Part shown: in pieces, positions 1 to 12,864 of the stretch
Layout of the letters: each line of letters opens with the position of its first letter
Position numbering within the stretch: the stretch's first letter is position 1
Assembly (NCBI GenBank): GCA_000165425.1
Contig: CT868363.1
Span: 434,001-479,897 of the forward strand
Reading direction: 5' to 3'
Length of the DNA stretch: 45,897 nucleotides
Origin: Paramecium tetraurelia
Lineage: Eukaryota
Translations under genes and position numbers: made by a program
The notes under the pieces: model-generated
What the model saw: the letters and a program-made list of their open reading frames with translations, nothing else
The model's database searches: none
Told to the model about the DNA's origin: nothing

Positions 1-1145
1 AATTAATAGATATTCCAAAGAGAGTTTTGATTATCCCAAATGAGTAGCAGCTTCAAATTACAGACAATATATTATTAGAGATGTTGATGTCTCTGTTGGT
101 GGATTAAAATAGTTTTATATAATTTCCATTTAATCTATTACGTTAGATTAGCAAGTGTTCTCGTTTGGGATTCAAACTACTTATTCAATTACTCATTTTA
201 TATTAAGAATAGAAAAACAACCTAGAACTTACTCTTAAAATTTTGTACTTAGTGAGTTAGAAAATTCCATCCAATAATTTAAGAGATCTACTTTCTGAAC
301 AATTACAAATCAGTCCAATACTTAATAAGAGAGAAAAGGCTAATTTAGCTAAGGGATAATAAATTAAAGAACAATTTATAATAGAAGAAGAAAATATAGA
401 TGAGTAGTCATAAGATGATGATCTTGAAAATCCCTTGGTCTTTTTGATTAACCAAATAAATATATATTGCGAGAAGAATATTTCATTTATGACCCTGTTT
501 CATAGTCCTGAATCCCACATACCAATCGAGAAAAGTATAAAAATATTTATTATTTTTAGATATCCTGTTAACTCCTCTCTTAGCTAATCAAACTAACTTG
601 CATCTATCTTACTTAATTTAGATTATACGAGGATCCCTAATGATCACAACAGAAGAAAAGGAAAAAGGGAAGAAGGCTGATGACGAGAATCTGTATAAAA
701 TGATGAGGAGATAAGCAGCTATTTACAATGGCGGAATAGATGAAAGCAAAATATTTGATTTATTCTCCTAACTAAACAGAAATGAGGATATATAGTTTCA
801 CGATTTAATCTTCAAGTCATTTGGGGATAAAAACCAGGAATCATAAGATACTTGGGACTAGACATCCTTTACATTTAAATCACTTTAGTTTAGATAAATT
901 GATTAGTAATCATAGTTCAGATAAGTATCAAATGCATCAATCATCTAAATGTAACCCCCTTAGGCTCCTTAACCAAGATAAATTATTCCTCCATTTCCTA
1001 TTTCTTCGATGTCAATCTTACAACAGCATTAGTAATTACAATAGTTTTAATAACTTCGATAGCCTCCATAATAGGGATAATAAACGAATTAATTCAAGAT
1101 AGCTGATGAAAAATAATAGTAATAATAACAGTAATAATAATAATA

Positions 1146-1192
<47 letters not shown>

Positions 1193-3946
1193 CCAAAAAT
1201 GAAGAAATAGATCAAAATGAATTAAATTCTTAAATACCAAAAAGAGAAAGAAAAGTCAGTGCCAAAATTTCTCATGTTGAGATTGATATCATCTCCTCTC
1301 TATGCAAAAATTTAAATAATCCGCTCTTAAGAGAAGGAAATTCCAATGAAATCATTAATATTCTAAATTCTTATGCTAATGATAAATTAAAAATTGAGCA
1401 TGCCATAAATGAATTAACCAAATATATCATTTAACAATCTAAAATTTTCAATTTTGAATTAGACAAAAAAAGAAAACAGTTAAGAGAAATTACAAAACAA
1501 AGAGAAAAAATTTAGGATTATGATCCTGAATAAGCATAATTTTTAAATAATTAAGAAAATGATATTATTAAAGAGTTAAACTAGAAAATCCCAGATCCAA
1601 GTATCATACAAAGGTGTTTTGTTGCAATAACAGGATTCCTCAATCTCAATCTAACATTGACTGATTAGCAAAATAAATAAGTTAATAAACCAAGTTCTAC
1701 ACAAACTAGATAATAAATTTAAATGGATAAAAAGAAATATAAATTAACTCAGTAGGGCAAAAGCGTTGATGCCTCAAGCGATTTTGACACCTCAGCAAAA
1801 AAGGACATCAGAGCTAGATTTATTAATGTTCTATAAACTAGATAAACCCATCATTTATGGCTGAATGTTGTGGAAACATTACTATTGATTTTTAATTATA
1901 AAGGGTCGAGATCATTAGAAATATTATAAAAGAAACTCTATCCTCTTTTGGAATGTTTCATAAGGCTATATCAAAATGTTCATGAAGAGTTAAATTCCTA
2001 AGAGCATTCTGAGAAAACTAATGCAGAAACAAACTTTTTTGAGAGAAATTTAAGTGGTTCAGCAACTAATTCGCTTTAATTTGGTTTATTATAAACATAA
2101 ACAATGCATTTAAAGAGATCATTTTCATCAGTAAGAAATGAGAATGAAATGTAGATGAAAATAGATGAACTATTCACTTATTTATGCATTAATGGCAAGA
2201 GGATTATCAATTATTTGATCAATCAGAGGTTATAACAAATCACTTATGATTTAAAATAAAGTCATTCATTGAATCCTATTAAATTATTTAAGGAAGCAGA
2301 CCCATTGGGCTTTGTATTTTTTAAAATGAGCTAAATCGTTTCTTTTGAAAATAAGAAACATTTCTTTGAAATGGATTTGGAAACCTTAAAAATTAATGAC
2401 AAACCCAATTAAAGATCAAGAGGAAGACAAAGTGAAACCATTGAATTTAATGTCGTAAGAGAAACAAGATTGTAACAATCCTTAGAAAAGGTATTGTAAG
2501 TTGAAAAAAATAAATTTAGAAAAAGTGAAATTAAAATTAGATATCAAGGGGAAAGAGGATAAGATGAAGGAGGAATCAGGAAAGAATGGATGACCAATCT
2601 TGTCAAAGATATATTATAAACAGATAAATTTGAATTGACTACAAAGAGATTTTATAAAATAAATTCTAATAAAAAGTCTACTGAAGATAAGAATCATTAT
2701 AAACTATTGGGTAGAATAGTAGCAAAAAGTATTTATGATGGATTATTGCTACCAGTTTATTTTATTCCAACTATATTTAAGATGATACTTCAAAAAAAAC
2801 CAAGTTTTGATGATTTGGAACATTACAATGAAGGATATTATGACACTTTTATTAAATTTATGAATGATGAGACACAAGTTTAGTATAAGGATTTATTTGA
2901 GTTTTGGATTCCTGAAGAATATGCATAATTAATTGAATAAAACAAAAAATATATCTTTACAGATCTTCTATAAGAATATATAGAAAAGAATCCAATCGAA
3001 CCTAAATAAGATTAACTAAATGAATAACAGAAATTATAAGATTAATAATAGTAGTAATAATAATAATAATAATAATAGTAATAATAATAATAGTAATAAT
3101 AATAATAATAAGAAGAACAATTATAATAAGAAAAATAAAATTAAGCAGTTCCTTTTAAATAAGATCTGATGCAATATTTTAAATAAAAGCAGTAAGAATA
3201 AGAAGAACCTAAATAAAAAAAACAGTCAGAAGATATAACAGCTGAAGATATGGAAAATAGAGAAAAGAAAAGATTAATAAGAAAGAATAAAAGAAAATAA
3301 CTAAGTGATGAAGCTCTTAAATAAATTAAATTATAAGATGTATTCTTATAATTATCATCTAATGTTACTGTGAAACATAAAAGACTTATCTGTGAAGTTA
3401 TAAGCAAAAAATTAATGATTGAGGAGATTAAAGAGTAGATCCTAGCAATAAGAGATGGATTCTTTGATATTGTACCTAAAGAATATTTTTCTTATATGGA
3501 CTGGAGAGATTTGCAAAAATTAATTATTGGAGTGCCATCAGTTGATGGTAAGAATTTGTAAAATATAATTTAGTTGATGACCTTCAAGCGAATACAGAAT
3601 ATGTGAATTATGACAAAAATAATTAGACTGTTTTGTGGTTTTGGGAAGTATTAAAGACTTTAAGTGATTCTGAAAAATCTGATTTCTTAATGTTCTCAAC
3701 GGGAAGTCCTTTAGTTCCATTCGGAGGTTTTAAAAATTTAAGAGGACCAAATGGACCGAAAAAGTTTTCAATATCCAAAGATTTCAATTCAGAACATTTT
3801 ATTAAAGCCCATGCATGGTAACGAAATTATTTTAATTTATTAGTTTTAATCGAATTGATTTGCCAGAATATAAATCAAAAGAAATGGTTAGAGAAAAGCT
3901 ATTGAAATCATTAAAGGAATCTGGTTCAGGATTTGATTTGAGTTGA
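1..3946 (+). CDS. HECT-domain E3 ubiquitin ligase, HUWE1/Tom1/UPL1-like (5' end outside window)
   Basis: Table-6 translation gives pre-HECT motifs LYPLLECFIRL and VSFENKKHFF, and HECT motifs YQGERGQDEGGIRKEW, LLGRIVAKSIYDG, WFWEVLK, FLMFSTGS and KAHAC|FNRIDLPEY, ending GSGFDLS-TGA (3944-3946). Introns at 535-559, 3548-3573 and 3818-3843. Confidence 0.93.
1114..1191 (+). repeat. (TAA/TAG)n tract encoding polyQ (26 Gln) in the HECT gene
   Basis: Reads in frame as GCT GAT GAA AAA (TAA/TAG/CAG)26 TCC AAA. Confidence 0.85.
3043..3111 (+). repeat. (TAA/TAG)n tract encoding polyQ (23 Gln) inside the HECT domain
   Basis: Reads in frame as GAT (TAA/TAG)23 GAA GAA CAA. Confidence 0.85.
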
Positions 3947-4199
3947 GTTTATATCATATATTTTTCATTCATATTATCATTCAAAGTTAATTGTTAGATA
4001 ATGCTTAATAAAGATTTGAAATTATTAAGAGATTAATTTTATTATAATTGCAAACATATTGGATAACGATAATTAAAATTATGATTAATTTTCCAATAAA
4101 TGAATTTTCATTTATCAATTTATTATAAATTATTTTTAAATCCCAGAGAATAGCATACTTAATAAAAATTTGTTTGCACTTCTAAGATTTACTTAAAAG

Positions 4200-4830
4200 C
4201 AAATGAATACAAAAAACTAAATAAAATGTTTGGTTATTAAGGTTCAAGGGCCCTAGAAAAAGATCCAGAGAAGTCTATAAGTTTAGAAAGTTTAAAAATA
4301 GTGTAGACTTTTGCTCCAAATTAATTGATTAACAAATTATTTATGTACTGCTCGCAGTTAAACCATTTAACACTTTGTCATGCGCCTAAATGATCTGATT
4401 AGAAGAAATTTACTTTATATTGTTTAAATCATTATAATTAATTATTATGAACTATAAATACGTTCATATAAGGATGAATCAGCTTTTAGATTAAGATTTT
4501 TTATGGAATTGGAATATATTTCTCCTCAATGTCAAAAAATGGTTTCGACAAAAAAGTTCTCTTTATCTAATTTAATAGCAAATACAAAGGTTTAATCATC
4601 TATGATCGACTAAGATGAAATTTCCTTGAAATCAGTAAGAACAGTGGTTACTAGAGTTTCCTTATTGGAAAACAATTTGATTCCAAAGGAGAAGTACATA
4701 ATCATTATTATGAAAACGATGATGGACACAATTCCTCCAAAGAAGGTCTTATAATAGTTTTACTTAATCCCTTTTCAGGTAATTGTTTAACCAGAGATAT
4801 CAAATTTCAAAATTGCTTGATTAAAAAAAT
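4200..4830 (-). pseudogene. Degenerate remnant of a ciliate-expanded transmembrane family (D-x-FG...YKTxFGG N-terminal signature)
   Basis: Minus strand reads LKFDISGQTIT*KGIKQNYYKTFFGGIVSIIVFIIMIMYFSFGIKLF..., with an in-frame TGA at 4775-4777, a frameshift near 4545 and further stops downstream. Boundaries approximate. Confidence 0.55.
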
Positions 4831-4903
4831 ATATATAGTAATAATAATTTAAGAAATAGTATCTTAAGTCAGTTGATTCATTAAGGAAATTCAAAAAATA
4901 AAA

Positions 4904-6943
4904 TCATATCATGTAATTATAGTGAAATTAAATAAATACTTTGTTACGAACAGTAATTTACACTATTACCAAATATACTAAATTATATTAACCCAATTAT
5001 TTAATGATTAAAAACATTTATAAAGAATTATCTATCATTATTATGTATCATCCTCGATTTAACCTTGGATATCGAAATTTACAATGTCTATAAACTAATG
5101 ATTTTTTAAATCAATCTATTATTAGAATTCTAATCGTTATTTACTCACTTGTTCTTGTAATATTTTCTACAAATCTACCTAATTTATAATCTGATTGAAT
5201 ATTTACTTCAATGTCATTCTGATATTATTTTACATAATCTTGTATCTATATTTTTAATAAAGCATTGATTTCTTCAATGATATTATCATTCTTAATTAAA
5301 ATGTAATCGATAAATTTATTCTAAATTTCCATTTTATCTTTTGTTTGACTAATTGATTTTAACATGTTTCTCAGTTTCTTATATTTTTCTTAAGGTATTA
5401 GGTAACCATATTTATGGACCATATTGTAAAATAAACTTACAAAAACATCAGGTTTTGGGTTCTCATATGTTCTTAATCGATTAAAAAAAGGTGCAGCATT
5501 ATCATGCTTAGATAAAATCTTTATCAAACTGCATAAATGAGAAATATTATTCTCTACTTTTTCATATATTTACTCAGACGTCAATAATGGCAAAATCTCA
5601 TTCTCTTAATATTCAAGCAAATAAGATCCAACCCAAAAATATTTTTCTTAATCAATAGTTGATTTAATGTCAAGGAATTACATATTGGTAAAACACTTAT
5701 TGATGATATCTGTGAATTTATTATTTAAATTAAATTTAGCTAAGGTTTAATCCTACAAAAGCAAAGTTAAACTATTTAACAAATTTAAATTAGAATTATA
5801 TGATTAATTTTGACTTATACTATTAATCAATTATTAGATTAATTTCTCATTATATATGGAATTGTCTTTTTCAATAAAAACTGCCAAAAAATGGAGTCTA
5901 TGCAAAGAAGAAAAGTTGACTTTATTGTCAGCCAACATTTAAGTAATTTTCTTTTGCAGAGATAAAAATAACGGATTTTCAGTCATTTTCAAATTATATA
6001 ATCTCTTACCAATTGTTAGAACTTCATCAAATTCATTATACTTCAAAGAAATAGATTGATGTTCTGAAATTTATTTTTATAAAATTTAATTCCAAAAATC
6101 AGATTTAATTAATTAAACCTTTTCTAACGCCCATGTTGTATTTTCAATATCTGCTAAAGTTACTTTATCCCAAATCTAAAGCTACTTATTGATCATCTTC
6201 TCCCAAAACTATAAATTAGTAATGTTCATTTTAGCGAAGGCCCAAATACAAAATGAAATATCGTCTGAATATTTAAACTTAAGGTTTTGGATTTACTTTG
6301 TCGCTACTTCCCAAAATTACATCGAGCCCTTTCCAACTTTAGCAAATGAGTAGACCATAAGAACTTGGTTTCTTCTAGAGAATTAATCAAATCCTTGACC
6401 CCAAATATATTTCTCAAGTGTAATCCAAATAGAATCACTCTTTGGTTATACTTTAGAGAATGCATAGAGGATAATCATGAAGTTTTTTTAATCCTAAAAT
6501 TCCATTGTTTCATAAAAAAGATCTTCTATTTATTTCCATATGGGATCCTCAGGGTTTTTTTCATTAGCAGATAAATAAGCAATTAAGCCTATGTTGGCCT
6601 TTGTTTATTGCATATGCCTAATCTTTTCCCAATTTGAATGAAATGATTAAATTAATGCATTTTATACTGCTTTGTTCTAAGTATTCTTTAGAGACCATCC
6701 ACACATCACATGATCATGTACATTAAGCTTTTTAATGCTATTTAAGTATAACTATTCAAATTCTTGCTGAGTTTCTTGACTCATCAAATTCAATTTTTAA
6801 TAGCCATATATTATCATAGACAATTCCTTTCCATTTAGATATTATAATTTGTTCATAATCCCTTTATTTTACACTAAGGATAAGAATTCTTCCTTCTATC
6901 CCATCTTTGCCAAGCGAAATAATTTAAGAACAATTGTATTCAT
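4904..6943 (-). CDS. Helical-repeat protein, HPR/OPR/FASTK-like, probable organellar RNA-binding
   Basis: ATG at 6943 (MNTIVLKLFRLAKMG). Long open frame in table 6 with 36-37 aa repeats: VYSFAKVGKGSMQFW / IWAFAKMNITNLQFW / TWALEK. The 3' end (TGA 4904-4906) is tentative. Confidence 0.7.
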
Positions 6944-6995
6944 AAATATAATTAATTAATTCGATTATTTGAAATATTTATGAGTAAAATTCATT

Positions 6996-8117
6996 TCATT
7001 TGTTTAATACTTTTGGATGAGTCTCTGCTTGGTGCAATTGATCTTCAACTTCTTTCTAGATAATTTAATGAATACTGTATTACAGTTTGAATTTCTAAAA
7101 GAGTGAGACATTCGCTTAAATTGCCAACAATTTAATCCCATTCAGATTCCTCTTTTTCTAGGCCTAATATTTTCTCCTACAATTTTACAACATCTACAAT
7201 CTTGTATTCCAATGAATTAAGTTCTTTTCCCAATTATTTTATTGAATCTATCAATGACTCTTCATCTATATCTAATTTAATGAGAACATTACAATACCAT
7301 AATATGTGTCTTATTGGGATAGAAGAATATTTAACTCGTTCAATTGATTAATAGTTTCTCCTTGTTTTTGAGAAATCCTTGAAATTGTCTTATTCCATTC
7401 TCCATAATATTTTTCAACTTTAGCTGTATGATTTCGAGGATCAACCTTTTGGATTGGTCTTTATATTTATTATTGTGGTATTCCATATCCAATTGATGGA
7501 TTTACCTGAGGTTATTATTGTTATTATTACTAAATATTCCTAAGAGAATTTTTTTCGATTAGCTATAAATTTTTTTAATTTTTTTCAATTTTCTCTTTAT
7601 TTATGATAGTTTTTGTAAGGTTATCAATATGTTTTTAAGTCTCATTTTTAATTTGTTAAATGGTATAATGTTTATTCTATTGTTATTATTATTATTATTA
7701 TTGTTATTATTATTATTATGGCTATTATGACTAAAGTTATTGTTGTTATTACATTTATCCCATCTATCCTCCTTGTAATGTTGATTGCTATCCAAGAAAT
7801 CCTGATTATTATACTTATCCAAATTATGCGGTCTATTGACCTAAAGTGCCCATTTACTACCCTTAAGGTTATTATAATAAATTTGTTGGTTATTATGGTT
7901 ATCCTCCATATAATAGAGGTTAATTGAGTTAATTTGGTTATTATCCAAAAACTCCTTAATTTTAGGCTTATCCTATTGGTGCAGTCATTTGTTGTGTTTA
8001 CCCAAAAATATTGTTGGAAACACCAGAATTACCGAAAACTAAAGCACTCTGTCCTGCCAAACCTTATTATTATTGTTATGGCAATCCATTTTATGCTCCG
8101 AGTGTATTTGTAAACAT
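6996..8117 (-). CDS. FG/Gln-rich protein with C-terminal coiled coil, nucleoporin-like (Nup54/Nup58 type)
   Basis: MFTNTLGAQNGLPQQQQ followed by VFG, IFG, VFG, QFG and GFLG motifs in Q/G-rich spacers, polyQ, then a helical C-terminus. Two small introns near 7273-7298 and 7057-7084; ends PKVLNK-TGA. Confidence 0.6.
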
Positions 8118-8241
8118 CAATAATTTAAATTATCAAAAAAACAAAAAAAATTAAAGCAAAATTTTAAGTTAAAAAAACAATGCTTTTATTTACAAAAAGC
8201 TACTAAAAGACAAGCATAATAATTTTTTTTACTTTTGTGTT

Positions 8242-10391
8242 TCAATTGTTTGTGGATACAGAATTATTCAATTTAGTTAAGACAATCAATTTAAATTTAG
8301 CCTATATGTAAGAAATAATTACTTAAAAAAGAGGATTGAATTTGACTGAACCTTATTTGCCTTATGATTATGATTCAGTTTGATTTTCTTCTATTTCCAT
8401 TTCTTATTATTCAATGTTAACTTATTTATGATTACAATTTTGAATATCCTTCAACCTCATAAATCCTTTTCTTCTGTTTTTAGTTTATGATCTCTTTTCA
8501 GAATCCATTTTGGTTAGCATCATATCTTCTAATTGTATATCTTCCTAGTCATTCTAATTTTTAATTATAATAATAAACTTTTATTTCTACTCCATCCCTA
8601 TAGGTTTTCCTTTGTAATTTCCATGGATTTCCACAAAATTGAGGTTCTAATCTAATCTCCATCTCATCAGAGTCCAAATATATATTTCGCAGAGTTGGCG
8701 AGATAATAGGCATTTAAGGCAAGCAGGATTATACTTCTTATTGCGGGACAAATCTGTAAAAGTTGTAATCCTTTTAGAATTATATTATTTATCTGAATTC
8801 ACAATTCATCTAATCTTGAAATCTGATTTAATAATTTTCGCTGAATGCTGCACAACATTAGCACTTTCTTGAGATATGTAATTGTCTATTCTTATAATTT
8901 TCATCATCCACTTATTTTTTAACCTTTTGAATTTTGGCCTAATGAGTCTTCACTTTCTACATATACAATTATTAACTTTGTTCATCTATCAAAAATATCA
9001 ATTATCTTTGAATCTAAAGAATTTTAAATCTATTTACTTAAATGTTTAATTCACTTTGATTCTTTCTGATGCATGGAGCATAATAATTTGGAATCGTAGA
9101 AAGATATTGCAAAAATTTTTAATCTGCAAATCTTCTTGTTTCATCTGTAGAATTACCACATTACATGAGGAGTTCATAGTAATTTAAGAAGTTAGGGAAG
9201 TAACTAAGATATTCAATTATAGAAATAATACAATCGTAATTCCATTGTGACTGAATTCTGTTAAAATAAAAACAAACCAACTAAATATTATACTTTTTGT
9301 TCTTCCCTTTTTTCATAACAAAATATTGGAAATTATAATATTTTCCCTTTTGTTGTAGATATACCCTGTATAAATTTCAACAATAAAGCATTTTCTATGA
9401 ATATTTCTTGATAAGGCAATTATTGAGGTAATTTTGCTTTAAAGGATACATTAAAATCAACATAATAGTCAGGGTAGGCTGGATAATTCTATTTGATAAA
9501 TTAAATTTTATACATAAAAATCCAAAAATGGAAATTATTCAGGTAAATATACTTTTGTGAATATTGTCATATTTGGTTAACATTTTAAACGGATAGAAGC
9601 AAAAGATTAATTTGGTTTTTGAGGAGATCTCACCAAATAAGAAGGCTGACTTGATTATTACTCAATCTTTGTTTTTTCAAAGATTGATTAAATTTCATCA
9701 TTTTTATTTTATTAATCTAAAAGATTTAATTGAAGAGATATTTAAGGTGGGGTTAATTTTGGATCATCTAAGATTTAAAATAAAATATTATAATCTTGAA
9801 TTTCGAAACACACTCCTTAACCTACAGTTGAAGCAAGGTGATGCCAGTTAGTTGAAATAGAAATGGGGTTGGTTTCCTCGATTCCAGGAGGTTGTAACAA
9901 AAATGCAAGAAGTCTATAGTCCCACCTTATCAACTAATGGAAAGCAGGTCCAACGTATTCTCTGTTAGTGAAAACAAATATGATGGCTGATTCAATTTTC
10001 AAGACATCTCTTCCTCCATAAAGATTATCAGTGCCTGTATTTAATTATATATATAAATAACCATTTAAAGTTCTAAATTTGTTTAAATTGTGGAAACACT
10101 CATCCAGATTGAAGTTAGTTTCGAACTATGGTTGAATGGTTTTAAGTTTTTGTAAAAAATGGCATACATCATTTGTCCATGTTGAGATTGAAGAACTATA
10201 GACAATATGTAAGAAACAAAAAATTACTTTGACGAAAAAAGATGGTATTAATCATACTTATTTTCTGAATTCTTTGTTCTCTTTTTTACAAAATATTCTA
10301 TTGCACTCTTGGCATAATCTAATATAGTGAGTCCATTATAAGTTATTTAACAAGAAGATAAACAATTATCTATCATAAAAGTGAAATTCAT
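8242..10391 (-). CDS. INTS6: Integrator complex subunit 6 (INTS6/DDX26)-like VWA protein
   Basis: MNFTFMIDNCLSSCQITYNGLTILDYAKSAIEYFVKKR, FHNLNKFRTLNGTDNLYGGR, IESAIIFVFTN, IRWDYRLLAFLLQPPG and FLQYLSTIPNYYAPCIRK parallel the INTS6 motifs I recall (LIDTSASM..GTTYLDTAKGAVETF, GIDNYGQGR, FRWDQRLFALVLRLPG, YLKTMPPYY). The 3' end is approximate. Confidence 0.8.
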
Positions 10392-10518
10392 TTATAAGTG
10401 ATGTCAACCTTATATTTTATTTAATGAGAATTAATTATAATAATTTTCATGAAATAATCACTTTAATCAATTTTGTAGATTAAGTCTTAATATGATTTCA
10501 TCACTGGAATTATGGATA

Positions 10519-11540
10519 ATGAGTGAGAAGACATCAGATCAAAAACCACCTATAAACATAATTTAAATTTAATAAAACCCAAATTTCGTTTCTTCATTAC
10601 AACTAAGTCATAGCCAAAAAATGGACTCATTTATTTAAGATTAAGCCATCATTCATCTCATTAATAAGAAACCAATAAATTTATTTTCTTAAAAGCCCTC
10701 TTTAATGATATCCAATAACCATAAATGTTTAAAACCAATTACTAAACTTTGTTAATATTTCATAGATAATCTATATAATCTAATTTTGTTTCTCCTATTA
10801 AAAAAATTACTAATTGATTAAAACCCTGATACTAATTAACCTACCGAAGAATATTACGATTGATTTTCTCAATATATATCTTTACTTTCCTAATTTATTA
10901 TCCCCTAACATCTTCCTCTAACCTTATAACAACAAACTCATAGCCAATTACTGATTATAATTCTTGCACAAAGATAATTTTATTATAAATATGCGAAAAA
11001 TGCTTGTTAATATAATTTAGAGAGGTATTGATTATATATTCTGAAAAGATATGGAAATTAAAAAATAAATACATGGAATCAGTGAAAATATTCATAATCT
11101 AAATAAAAATCATTTTCTATCCATTTATTCTTTTAAGGAAAATGTTTATTGAAGCAATATAACTGTATCATCCTGTAATGGCAAAAAAGTCAAAGGATCT
11201 GTAAGATTGTTTTCTTAAAATACATCTTAACATTCCTAATCTCTCAATATATTATTGAATCAAAATGAATAACAGGAATTTACGTTGCAAAAAGTGGAAT
11301 TCATAAGGTATTGCAGAGATTCTGTTATTTTTAAGAATTAATTATATAACCTAAGCATTATTTCATCGTTATTTTGATAATGAAAGAAGAGAATAATATC
11401 AAAATCAACATTTTAACTTCCTTTAAAAGACTTAAATGAAAATCCTTTTTCTAATTAATGGTCAATATTTTTGGTCTATAAAATAAATTTTAAATTTTTA
11501 AGATATCATAAATACGAAGATTCACTTAAATAAATTTGTT
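10519..11540 (+). pseudogene. Probable degenerate gene remnant (unknown product)
   Basis: Coding-like segments (MSEKTSDQKPP..., MFIEAIQLYHPVMAKKSKDL...) are interrupted by TGA codons that I could not remove with canonical tiny introns. Confidence 0.3.
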
Positions 11541-11548
11541 ACTATAAT

Positions 11549-12844
11549 TCAATCTATATTAATATCTTATAATTCTTCACTTATTTAAACTAATTTTATG
11601 TACATTAAGACTATGTCATTCTCAGAGTACTTCTCATTAATAAAATTTTAAAACAAACTTTAAAATATCAGGATTTCATTTTATGATATCTCTTTTTCAA
11701 TCTTTTTATAATCCAATACTTACATACATCTTATAATATAACTATTATTTATTCTGAACTTAATGATAGAAATTAATTTTAGATTTTTTACTAATTAATT
11801 TTAGCCAAAACTTTTTCTAAAAATTCCAAAAACTCTTTTATTGTCTATTAATACAATTAATCTTTAAACGAACGCTCCTATTCTTAATTTGATTGCCAAT
11901 CATCCTCATCTTCATTCAACAAATTCAATAAATCTTCTGAGTTTAATTCATAATATCTTTCCATAATCATTTAAACGACCAAAACAGTAATTTATTATTT
12001 TGTATAGGGTTATTTCTAAACTTGAATTACGAGTGAATCAATATGAGTTTGCTATGGGATGGTAATATTGTTGACTTAGTAGCCATTTGGACCAAAAACT
12101 AAAATCCATTAATTTTTAACAGGGATTGAAATCACCTTAATTAAATTGTTGTCATAATTAATTCTAATTTTTGAATTAGCATTGTAACTCAACACATAAA
12201 ATTATGATAGATAAATTGGTTTAGTAAAGTAGATGCAACCTTTTTTATCTGCTGTTCTTATATTAAATCTATCAGGAGGATACAAAACATTAACTGATTC
12301 TAATATATGATTTAAAATGTTATTGCTAGAAGGAGTATATAAATCTTGAAAGTTCATAAACAGTGTAGTATTTAATTCCAACATACTGTTATTATTATTA
12401 TCCATTAAAATGGCTGATCGATTAAATGAATCTATATAATACTTTTCCTAAATTAACTAAAAATCTTTTTCTGGATAAAATTAACTGAATTTAAAGGCAA
12501 ATGACAAAAATTCTTCGTTTTGATCATATAGAACGATTTCTTAAAATAATTGATTGATAATTTTATTATAATATTAATGTTTATTTTATTTAGGCTCTAA
12601 TGATTCTAGAAATTATTAAACCTATTTAGATATAGTATTGTACTTGAAGTTAGACAAAATTTAAAGTTTCTTATTCCTGAATTGAAAGTGATGGAAATGG
12701 ATTATTACAAAAGATGTTCAGACTTGCTGGACAATTCTAGTTAACTAGATAATTGTCAAGGGATAATTTCATTCCTTTTTCTATAATTCTTATTCCATCC
12801 TGTATGAATTACGAGTGTACTAAATGGAAGAGAAAAATTAACAT
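11549..12844 (-). CDS. Hypothetical protein with short N-terminal signal peptide
   Basis: MLIFLFHLVHSQFIQDG...; continuous table-6 frame with one 22-nt intron (12622-12643); stop TGA at 11549-11551. Confidence 0.75.
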
Positions 12845-12864
12845 TATAATGTTATTATTAATTT

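Noticed and set aside
821..1102. ORF-track 93-aa protein (and similar N/I-rich ORFs at 7601-7822, 7718-7927, 16537-16725, 31940-32122)
   Set aside because: These are off-frame or antisense shadows of real table-6 genes; TAA-rich Gln codons read as Asn/Ile runs in other frames.
1114..1191. (TAA)n arrays as non-coding microsatellites or stop-codon runs
   Set aside because: They are in frame within the HECT gene and encode polyQ under the ciliate code.
4430..4820. Plus-strand open frame (YELQIRSYKDESAFRLRFF...)
   Set aside because: The minus strand carries a recognisable family motif and TM helix, so the plus-strand frame is probably its antisense shadow.
7074..7087. ACTGTA-T-TACAGT resembling IES end consensus
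   Set aside because: The half-sites point outward rather than bounding a TA...TA segment, and they overlap an intron donor. I found no convincing retained IES in the window.
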